From assembly GCA_964057225.1 (NCBI GenBank), contig OZ059896.1, positions 10,540,001 to 10,604,000 on the forward strand: 64,000 nucleotides of DNA, written 5' to 3'. The notes under the pieces are model-generated. The model was not told the DNA's origin. It searched no databases and worked only from the letters and a program-made list of their open reading frames with translations. This stretch comes from Auanema rhodensis (taxonomy: Eukaryota; Animalia; Nematoda). This document shows, piece by piece, positions 53,001 to 64,000 of this stretch. Both the position numbers and the translations under genes were made by a program. Numbering within the stretch: the stretch's first letter is position 1; each line of letters starts with the position of its first letter.

Positions 53001-54426
53001 TTTTTAATTATATGCATATAGTATATAAATATTTTTTTTAAATATTTAACTTTACTTTTCTTTAATCTATTTTTCAATTTCAATCAAGAAATAGGAAGAC
53101 AGATACATAGATTAGATCCAAAAAAAAGTTGCTCTTATACATGTGACACATCGGTTAATAGTGGCAGGATCGATCATTTCCTTCATTTTTTTTGAACTTT
53201 TTTCCTGAAAAACGTCTAGAAAAAGCAATCTGTTTTTACAAAATTTCCTTACAGTTTAGAAATTTTAAATCTAATCTACTTAAATTGAAATTGTTCAAGT
53301 ATTTCTTCATATATCCTTTACTATTTCTATTATTATTTTATATAATAATTAGTCTATTAATCATTTTGTTCATGACCTTTAAAAATCATTTTAATGGTTT
53401 TTATAAATAAAAATCTTGTTTTTTATATTTTATTCTCTCATGAATAATCATACATATATATCCCACATGTTGCCATGTATGCAATAAGCCAGATGTCTTT
53501 TCTTATTTGCGAAAACCGACTGTCGTTACCTCTTATTCTTCTTTGTAAATTCATTATTAGGCCAATCGTTTCATATTTCAAAATTCTTTATATCTATCTT
53601 CCTATATATACATACAAATATGTTTGTTAAAACTAATAGTTTTATTTTTTTTTTGAAATTAAAAATTAGTTTAAACATGATAAGTTAAGCTTTAAGTGTT
53701 CATTATAAATTTCGATTATTTTTTAAAAAAAAGTTTATTTGTTCATAATTACTATAACATATAATATCTTTTCAATTTTATTTGCATATGTATATATAAT
53801 TTGTTTTTTTTTTCAAATAAAATAATAACCTAATCATGTCATACATGTTGACCTCTATGCTTATCAGTTGCTTCATCTTTACTCTTCTTCCTTATTCTAT
53901 GTTAGTTAGCTACTTTTTGTTGTTGTTAATATTTGATTTCTTATTCATAAGATTATATCAAAAATTCTTTCTAATTCTCTTACTTTTCTTATATTAAACT
54001 GAAGAAACGTTTTCGTTTTCAATATTTCTTAGAAAGATATACGTTCTTTCTAAAATCTCAAGTGTCCATTTGTCTATCATTCACGATATATGGTAGTCAT
54101 GAGCTTTGCAGCCTTGAGAGACTAAGGTTCCACACAAAATCCATCACACAATGTCCATCTTGGGACAAACCGATGTAGTGTCTCCAACTCTTCCAACTTC
54201 CGTTATCCTTATCCGTTATGTTTTCACATTAAAATTTATTTTTATATATAAATAATTTTATTTTTATTATATTATTCTTTATAATATTGTTTTTATTTTG
54301 AATTTATATGATATATTTATATTTTATATAAACAATAATCTATACAATTTCTTCAGTTGTCTCTCTTCTTCATTCGACTTTTTAAAGAAGATTGCGGCAG
54401 ATTTCTACTTGTCTGTTTATCGTAAT

Positions 54427-56371
54427 ATGGTTCAACTGACCAAAACAGCAATGCTGTGGTCAATATTCATTTTTCTGATCGTTTCAAGTACGATAGCAGC
54501 AACTGAGTCTGATGAGAATGACGTAATTCAAGAAACATTGAGAATAATGCTTGGATTTAATAAAATTCCATCAGGTACATTAAATATATTATTTTTACTT
54601 TATAAGAAAAATAAGTTTTAGAAGTAACAACATTACCTCTTCAACAACCATCCCGACAAGCTACTGATTATATGAAAACTTTATATAAAACTTATGTTAA
54701 CGATGATGGATCTGATGATGGCAATATTGCTCGTAATATTCAACCATCAGTTGGAAAAATTGATGGACAAGAAGTTCTTATCTTTGATGTTTCTAATATA
54801 GGAGATGAACAAGTAATATATAATTAATTTTTAAATATTTATATTATATAATTTAAATATTTTAGATTATGAGAGCAGAATTGCATTTTCATCTTCGAAG
54901 ACGAGGAGCATCTCGAAGACGTGTTAGAGCATTGTCTGCACGTGCTTTATGCACAAATGAATATTGTGTTGAAGGTAGTATTATAAAAATATTTAAAAAT
55001 AATATTTGCTATTACTTGTATTTGAAAATTTTTAGCTCAATATCTACATCATTTGGATCCAACAGATAGTGAAGTTATTTGGGATGCCACAAAAGCCTTA
55101 GTTGAAACTCATGCTTTAAATGGAAAACAGTTGATAATTCGGGTAATTTTGATTGTTTATTACATATATTATACTAAAATATTTAATATTTTCTATAGTT
55201 ATTCATATTATTCGTTTGAAATTGTATGATCGTAAGACAAAAGCATAAAGATCATACTTCTCTCCCTCGGGAACTATAAAACATAAATCCTTTTAAAATC
55301 GACTTACTATTCAAAAATTTGAGAAAATGTCTCCAAGACATCTGAATAAAATGTTTTAAAACTAAATGGAATGCAAGAAAACTTTCTTGAAATTTAGATT
55401 TCAAGAAAGGATGTAAAGATGAGAACCTATAGCGAAATGGTTCGACGAAGTGCTCCATTCTTACTCGTATTCTCTCAAGCAGATAATGTATTAGATGGAG
55501 AGAAGGTTGAAGAAGAAGTAGCTAGAGCTCGAAGAAGAAGACGTGAAACACATGGTCACAACATTCTAATTTTGTTTAGAAAAATATAAAATTATGTTTA
55601 GGATATTATGTATACAACGAATCTGATAAATCAACATCTCATCAATCATCTAAGGAATTTGAACTTCATAAAGAGACCAATATTGAACATTCAAATAATA
55701 TTAAGAAGACATCTCAGGAGAAATCTATTAAGGTATAAATCTATTTATCTATCTATCTATATATATATTATAATATTATTTATTTAAGCTTCGAGCCCAA
55801 CGACGACATAAGCAATTGAAAGACGACATATGGGCAGGATTTGGAGTTGATGCAGATGAGGATGAAAACGAAGACAGTACAACAGATAATGATATTGAAG
55901 ATTCGAACATAAACAAAATTGCTTCTAATGATGTGAGACTTGTTCTATTAGAAGCAACAGAAAAAGAAAATGTAAATTTTTCTTTTTTATTATATTTGAA
56001 ATTCAAAATATTCAGGCTTGTTCACGTCGACCATTAGTTGTTGATTTCATGAAACTTGGATGGAATAAGTTTGTTATTTCACCACCTTACTTTGAAGCTG
56101 GATATTGTGCTGGTGCATGTCATTATCCTCTGAAAAAGGTAAATAAATCAAATAGTTTTACTAATATTCCTTTGTATGATCGTCTTTTCAGTCATCAAAT
56201 CCAACAAATCATGCTGTATTACAATCTCTATTATTATCATCATCAACATCAGTAGTTTGTTGTAGTCCAACTGAAATGGAATCATTGACAGTTCTATATT
56301 TGGATCAAAATGGTCAAATTATCATCAAAAACTTTCCAAATATGATTGTTCGTGCTTGTTCATGTAATTGA
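54427..56371 (+). CDS. unc-129: TGF-beta family ligand UNC-129
   Basis: Signal peptide; prodomain motifs DGNIARNIQPSVGKIDGQEVLIFDV, IMRAELHFHLRRR, CTNEYC, VIWDATK; furin site RRRRR; DIWAGFG and SNDVRLVLL segments matching C. elegans UNC-129 as I recall it; cystine knot CSRRPLVVDF..LGW..CAGAC..NHAVLQ..VCCSP..CSC*. Confidence 0.95.
55263..55272. promoter_or_regulatory. COE (UNC-3/Collier/EBF) consensus site in an unc-129 intron
   Basis: TCCCTCGGGA is a perfect TCCCNNGGGA match, lying in the only long intron (~55143-55397) of the gene. Confidence 0.5.
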
Positions 56372-57247
56372 TTTCATATAATATGTACAATAGTTTAACA
56401 AAAATGCTTGAAAGAAGTCATGTTTGCGATTCGATGTCTGCTGATCTGTTCCTATGTGTAAGTAGATAGTTTCCTGTTCTACATATATTCTTTAATGTTT
56501 CTAAACCTTTGTCTATAATTCATTTTACTTATTTCTATGAATACTTTTTCTAAATAATATTTTAAGCATAAAAACAATATTATATATAACTAAATTCACT
56601 TTAATAAAATGGTTTTGTAAAGATAATAAGAATGTGTGTAGCTATTTGAAATCATATACAATAGTGTGAATATAAGTGAACTATTAACACAAATCACAGA
56701 TTATTATATATAAATGAATGAAAATATTAATTTTTTTAACAACAAATAATGAAAAAAAAACAAAATATATATATATTTGTTGTATTTATATATAGTATAT
56801 AAAACAAAATATTATAAAAACTACATAGTATATAACAGTATGATGTAAAATATAATACATTATTTCATTTCCTTAATTGAAATAAAAAGGCCGCTTATAT
56901 GATCGAATTCTGCTAAAGCTATGTAAGAGAGAGTAAGCACACAATGTCATTTTTGTTGTTGTTGATGTTGTTGCATACTCTTGAAAACGTTCTTAGATTG
57001 GAAGACCAACAAAAAAAAATTATTAGGAGAAGATGTTCAAATGGGCAATTAGATGCTTCAAGTGAGAAGAGAGTTTAGAAGAGAAATGAACAATTCTTCT
57101 TTTTGAGTAGAGAAATTGTGGTGAGGCATTTTTGATAAAAGTCAATTTGAATCCGATAATTTGAATGAGAAAAATAGTATAGAATGTCATCAGAAATACA
57201 CCGATACTAAGGAGAATCAAATGTCTGATATTCTACTATAATAGTAT

Positions 57248-59223
57248 TTAGTTGGTTGGGAATCGTTCCAAAAGTTTCTTAACAAAAGCTGAAGCACGGG
57301 CTCCTCCTTCCTTAGCAGTTTGCAAGACTTCTTCATGAGAAACTTCAACAGAGTTATCAGCATCCAAGTTAGCACTAAATAACATTTAATATAAATAATA
57401 TTTATAATAAAATATATATTAAACTTACATGTTAGTGATAAGAGAAAATCCTAACACTTTAATTCCAAGTTGTCTAGCAACAGTAACCTCATGACATGTA
57501 GACATACCAAGAGCATCTGCTCCAACTGTTTTGAACAGAAGAACCTGTAACGGTAATGTTTAAATGTTTGTTTTTTAGGTTTAGAAAAAACGAGAGAAAA
57601 TAAGAAAGAGGGAGAGAGAGAGAGAGCGATAAAAGTCATTCTTACCTCAGCTGGAGATTCATATTGTGGTCCTCCAGACATAACATAGATACCTTCGTGT
57701 AATGTAAGTCCTTCATTCTTAGCCAAATCTTGAGCAAGACATCTGAAAGTTTTATATATAATATTTCATATTCAATTTTCTTATTTTTCAAAAAATTTAT
57801 ATTCGTATTATCTAGTAATAGTTTCATATAAACTGACTTAAGGTGATAATTTGAGAGTTGTCATCATTAGAGATTTTTTTTTATAAAACACGTGGATAAA
57901 ATTATACAGGAACTATTGAATCAGTATATTTGAAAATGAAAAGCAGATAAGGTTTTTACACCCATCTTGTAGCTTTTCGATCCCATTTTGTCCTATCATT
58001 TTTAATTTTTCTTATCATTTTTTCTTTTCATTTTTCTTGAGAATATTTGCCAATATTAAGTACCTGTGCCAAAATGTTTATGACACTTTCCGTTTATGAA
58101 TATGTTGAAAAATTCGCTGATAAAAAAGTTTAAATCTCAGGTTCAAAAATATGTTTTCAGTCAGTTTTTCATGTTTTGTGTTAAACTTTATCAACATCAT
58201 TACTATTTTTATGTTTTTTTTTCATGTTATTCTCTTCATTTAATGCTGTGTATTAGTACCTTAAAGGCTTGTCATAAGCATCATGGACACTGACAAAACG
58301 AGCTCCAAAACGAGGATCGTTAACACCAACCAATGGTGAGAATCCAGCCAAACCAGGAAGGAAGATGTGATCCTAAAATATTTAAGATTATAATAATCTT
58401 TATTTATTATTTTACTTTGATCAGCATTAAATCTCCGAATTGGAAGTTAGGGTTGATTCCACCAGCTGCATTACTGACAACCATAGTGCGCACCCCGAGA
58501 AGATGCATGACACGAACAGGAAGTGTGCACTACAATAATCAAATTAAAACGTAAAATCATATGAAGAAGAAGAGAAAACTTTGATTCTTTGATTAAAAAT
58601 CAATAAGATCATTGAAACATACCAAGGCAAGGTCCATAGCATGCTCATATGGATGGAAACGTCCCTGAAGGCAAACAACACGACGTCCACTCATAGTACC
58701 AAAGACAAGGTTTCCTTTGTGTCCAACAACTAAAGTTCAAAAAAATGATTATATCAGTTATATATATAGAATAATAACCATGGGTAGTTGGGAATCCGGG
58801 AATCTTCTCATATGGAAGAACAAAAGCATCTTCAACTTCATCAGCAATTGGTCCTAATCCGGATCCACAGATGATTCCAATCTAAATAGTTTTGTTTCAT
58901 AAAATTTCAAAGATACAATAAGAATTTTAATTTCATTTCTATTAACTTTTAAATATATACATTGTTATATTAAAAAATAATATACCTCAGCATAAGATTT
59001 TTCAGCTCCAACTTGGGTCTTGATAGCTTCAACAATGGCCAATAGATCATCGTATGATCGTGGACTAAAGTACAGATTTTTATGAACAAGCAATAGTGAA
59101 TGTTTTTTGGTAAAGTTTTAATTTCTTTCTTTTTTAATTCAAAAACTAAAAATGAATTACTTACTTGACAGTTTTGTGAACAGAATCAACTGGGGTAAGG
59201 TTGTTGTTGTTGATAGTAGCCAT
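57248..59223 (-). CDS. pnp-1: Purine nucleoside phosphorylase (trimeric type)
   Basis: [66 protein letters not shown] and SHEEVL motifs across spliced exons. Confidence 0.97.
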
Positions 59224-60331
59224 GGCTTCTTTCTTTTTTAAGTTTTCTGGAAATAAAAAAATAAAAAATAGATATGAATCTAAAGAAATTAAGATATAAA
59301 GAGAAATAAACTATAACTTCTAAAGATTATAACCTAATAAAATTAAATAAATGATCAATATAATATTTGAAAATTCAATGTTGATAAAATATTACGAGGA
59401 AGCTTGAATGTCTTAAATTTCCAAAATATGATCTTAAGATCACAAAGAAGGAGGTGGGGGGGGGAAGGAGTGAGACAGAGAAATAGAAGAGTATAGATCA
59501 GCAGGATGTTTGATAAAAATGAATTTTTAAAAATATTATATCAAGATGATCTATAAATAAAATAATTACATCACTTTCATTATATTAAATATTTTGTTAC
59601 AATTTGATAAATTGATATGGAATGATGTAATTGACATAAATGGAGACGCCAAAAAAAAGTGTTTCAGTTCGGTAACATCATCAGAATTGTTTCCTTTTCA
59701 TTTGAAACGGAAGAAGAAAAAAAAGGTTTTTTTTTGATAACGAAGTGTGTGGAATTGAAAATGACATGTGAGGATTTTTTCGTAGAGAGTAGGCATCAGG
59801 CAGCCATCCATCAGGCCGCTACCTGAGAACTGCTACTTCCGAAAATATGGTGACTGATAGAAGGCGGAGAGACACGCCTACTAGGTTACCATTTCTGATT
59901 TCCTTCTGGGAGGTCTCTATCTCTCTATCTTACTGTCTTCTTCCCTCTTTATCTTTTCTTTCTCTCTTACAGTCTCCGTTCTCTCAATCTCTCAATTTCT
60001 CTCACTCTCTCTCGCTCTCGATCTCAATTTCTCTCTCTATCAGTCTATCTGCATCCTTCTCTCTGTATATCTCTGGTTTTATTCATGTCTTGAACTTCAA
60101 CATATAAACTCAATACTAATTCTTGTCACTTTTCCGACCTCTTCATTTCTTATCAAAACTGCAAATATGATCAAAAACTATTTTCTTTTGTTCACATTAC
60201 CTATTCAAGTTTTTTCGGAGAAATTAGATTTTAATATAATTCTATAATAACTAATCAAAACAAATAGAATAACTCTATAAATGACTAAAACATCATCGTT
60301 CGAAGCCAAGAACACCACGTGTAAGATCTTG

Positions 60332-60468
60332 TTCTTTCTTTCTCTCTCTCTCTCTCTCTCTCTCTTTCTCCTCCTCTCCCTCTCTCCCTCTCTCCCTCTC
60401 TCCCTCTCTCCCTCTCTCCCTCTCTCCCTCTCTCCCTCTCTCCCTCTCTCCCTCTCTTCCTCTCTCTC
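60332..60468. repeat. (CT)n grading into an 8-bp (CTCTCTCC)n tandem repeat
   Basis: Direct read; produces the spurious REGERERG/SLSPSLP ORFs. Confidence 0.9.
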
Positions 60469-61864
60469 ATCCCCTATCAAGACATGTGATTGTTTTGTTA
60501 TTTTGAGCACAATTTACTTGCTCTCATGATATCTTCTAAAAAGAAACATTAGATCAAAACTATTAATCAAAGATCAAGAGGGTGAACATACTTGATATAC
60601 AAAGGGGGTAGAGATATGTATATGTACTATATTAATATGATATCATACACTTAATTATATAATTATCAACAGGATTAGATTATTTTTGATTATAAATATT
60701 TTGTTTTTAATGTTTCACTGAAAAGTTACAAACAAAATATTTTTTTTCATAGAGTTTTAATTCTCTACTCAAACAAAAAGTATATTTATTTTTCTTATTA
60801 TATGAAATATTTCTTATTTAGGAAGTATAATTTATAATTATTCTTATTATATTCTGGAATATGAATCTTCTTTTTTTCATTTTCAAATGAAACAGAAAAT
60901 TTAAAGCTGATAAAAGGCGTACAGGAGTCAAGTCGTTCTGTCCATGTTGTAGACTGTATTGTCAACGTTTTCATGATATTTGTAAGTTAATTCGAATTGA
61001 TGTGACGAAAATCATTGGAAATGTATTTGCTCTATTCCCTGTACCATCATATATTTTCATGGAAAATGAAAAACGTCATTCAATTCTGACCAATTAGGAT
61101 GAACAAAAACAAGATTGCAGCTACTATGCAGCTTGTGTTTGTACCATGTTTGATAAGAGTTTTTCGAACATTGAAGTATTTGAAGAATAATGAAGCACGT
61201 GCTAGTTGAAATGATAATATGTCATATGAATTTCGGAAGAAATGAATAGTTGAAGTTACATCAGACTTAGATTTGATATTTGAAAGTGCATGACACTAAT
61301 TAAAATTATGATGAATTTAATTATAGATCATGTGTATATATTATTTCTCAAATTGAAATTGATGAAAAACTAATAAAATGAATCATATTTTTTTCATCAA
61401 ATGGATTAGGTAATAAGGAATTTTAGTATATTCAAAAAAAATAATTTCATTTTTATTGTTAGTTTAAGCAAATTTAACAATTATTATTTCTTTTTGCTAG
61501 AAGTTAAAGCCATGACCTTGATTTTTATTTTTTTATATTTGAGCCATATGGATTATCATCATCAATCATTTTAATTATATATAAATTGAAAAAGCCTGAT
61601 GAAAAAGTATCAAATTAAGATTCGAATGACGAGAAAGAGAATAGAAAATTTAAAAAAAAACACCTAGAGTAATGAAACAAGTTTCACGGAAATATTTTTT
61701 CACTCAGTTCAATGTCTAATTAAAACCAAAACCAATAATAAAAATTTGCTTTTGAAGATTATATAGATGGACAATGGTCATATTATTATATTTCATAGTT
61801 CAATACAACTTGAAAGTTGATGACACAAAAATTACCTATGACACAGATAGTTATGGAGGTAAAA

Positions 61865-61865
<1 letters not shown>

Positions 61866-61907
<42 letters not shown>

Positions 61908-61930
61908 GGAGAGAGGGGGGAGAGAGAGGT
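61866..61930. repeat. (AG)n followed by poly-G tract
   Basis: Direct read. Confidence 0.9.
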
Positions 61931-62925
61931 AGATATAGAAGTATAGTTGAAGAGACTGTGAAATCAAAAGCACAATCATGAGAGAAAAATAGGAATTAGA
62001 ACTGGATTTTGACGGGAATAACGGTACGTGAACAACTGTGCAGAAAACGGAAAAATACCGATTTTGGGTAATGACCGAAAATTATCGGTTTACAGTTGGA
62101 TGATCATAAGAAGCAGACAATAGGCTGGGTACAACGAATTCGCTGATAGGTTGGTTACTTTGATCGAAGGGAAAGCCAATGTTGAAGTTCACGACACTTG
62201 TTGTAGCCGTTACGATATCTGCAATTTTTCAGAAGCAGCACAATGGAGAAGCCAAAAAAGGTAAAAAAAATAGGGCTTGACCTTGTGAACCGATAAGGTA
62301 TTTCTGTCATTATTGCTTCTATTGCTTCCCCTATAAAAATTTGTCCATCTCACGTGGTTCTTGAAGATTGCTACGACTACGTCAAGCAGTTCTGGTTATA
62401 TGTTGAAAAGAGTTGCCATTATATATGTGAAAAGATGGATGGACAGGTAAACATGATGGATGTGGATTCAGATTGCCAAACCAACGTGATCTTGAACGTG
62501 AAGTTTCATATTTCGATACAGTATTTCATCTGTCCATCGACGTACTTTTCAAATTGTGATAAACAATCGTTGAGATAACATCACAAAGTTTTTAAATGAA
62601 AAGAAATGAAAGAGAGAAAAGAAAGAAATTCTTCATCACGACAAGTAATTTTTAGTTTTGATAAACCGTTGACACTTCATAAAACATTATTCTCATTTGT
62701 CTAGATAATAATGAGATTTTATTGTTGACAGAAATGTTTAAAAAACTGGGCAAAATCGTGAAAAAAACTGGGAAAGAATAAAAAGTTCTATATGGAGCAA
62801 AGATTCATAGAAGAAACTATTCCGCTCATCATCAAGGTGTCGAAAATGAAGGTTCACGTAGAAAACTCCACATGGATCGCACAAACTCAAAATGTTTCCA
62901 AAGAAATAAATAGATTAAAACGAAA

Positions 62926-62971
<46 letters not shown>

Positions 62972-64000
62972 TAGATCTTGAGAGCGAGTGATGGTTGTGA
63001 ATATGGCATGTCAATAAGGAGTATAGATTATTATTTATAAATAGGTTATAAGAGAGGGATTGACAGCTTTTAGTAGCCAAATCTAAATAATTTTTTGAGA
63101 ATCAAATGATGATAATGGTTTATTGTATTCATAACCGTAAAGATTTTTTTCAAACTACCATTTGAATCAAAGTACAATCATCTTTTATCATTTTGAACAT
63201 TTATATTTAATTTGTTTAAAATGAAATTTATATTCAAATGATGATAAGATTTATAAAGTTAACCCAATGATTGCACTTTGAATAGAGAGCTCAATTAAAC
63301 TTCCTCGAATCTATAGAGAGTTTGATCTGTTATCAGCAATATTAGAGTGTTCCCTTGATTATGATGATAAATAAAAACATTTTATAATTATTCTGAATCT
63401 ATTCATGAAATTTTTGTAAATAAAGTACAAAATATTTTGATCACAAAAAAATCAACGTACTATCCAGAAAATTGCCATTATTATAAAAAGTTATTACATT
63501 CTGGATTGAAGAGTAGGAAGGAGGAAAGGGGGGGGGGGGTTAGCTGGTAAAGGGGTTAAGGGGGTAAAATGAAAATTGTTCAGATTATAATGTCATTCAA
63601 AGTGATCAGATATTGTAGGGCCAATCACCATTATAAGAACCCCTATCCTTATCTTTTTGTTAAACGGATCTTATCGCACTTATCTTTTTGATGCTTCTAT
63701 GTCTTTCGAGCTTTTTTCACACAAAGGACCTAAAAAAACTTTAGGGTATATGAATGATTTTGTGAGGAAGAGATCAAACCATCCCGTTCCTATCATGAAC
63801 AAAGGATCATATGATGTGTAAAACCATTTTTTGAGTCAAAAAAAGAAAAAAGAAATGTACAAAGTTACTCTTCATGACTTAATACCAAACGGATTTTTCT
63901 TCATTGTAGAATGTTTAAAGATAACTTTTTATCATTTCATCTAATTTCTACAAGACCAAATTTAAAAAAAAAAAAAGATGAAAAAGCTGATTTTATTCTT

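Noticed and set aside
60900-61300. 60-70 codon open frames on both strands
   Set aside because: No start codon, linked exons or recognisable motif.
1-64000. CRISPR arrays, rRNA, telomeric TTAGGC arrays, piRNA CTGTTTCA motif clusters
   Set aside because: The DNA is eukaryotic and only isolated chance matches were seen, no arrays.

Overview
Eukaryotic, very AT-rich nematode genomic DNA, most likely a clade V/rhabditid species. It has many 40-60 nt GT-AG introns, frequent TTTCAG acceptors and abundant (CT/AG)n, (AT)n and (AAT)n microsatellites. Most ORFs in the supplied track are intronic or microsatellite artefacts, so genes were reconstructed by hand-splicing. Left to right: 5' end of a Cys-loop ligand-gated ion channel subunit (-); two small single-pass membrane ORFs (-); a six-exon, highly divergent histone H3/CenH3-like gene (+); tRNA-Gly(TCC); twinfilin (-); a peptide-receptor-like class A GPCR (+); a secreted His/Ser-rich protein (+); a GT49/bgnt-type glycosyltransferase (+); a decayed BEL/Pao retrotransposon fragment; eps-8 (-) with long and short isoforms; an ~11 kb non-coding interval with several strongly base-paired GC islands, including a candidate spliced structured lncRNA; unc-129 TGF-beta (+); and purine nucleoside phosphorylase (-). 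The most novel items are the H3-like protein that has lost the H3-H3' tetramer residues and the structured non-coding transcript at ~48.8-49.4 kb. All translations, alignments and base-pairings were done by eye and reference sequences are from memory.
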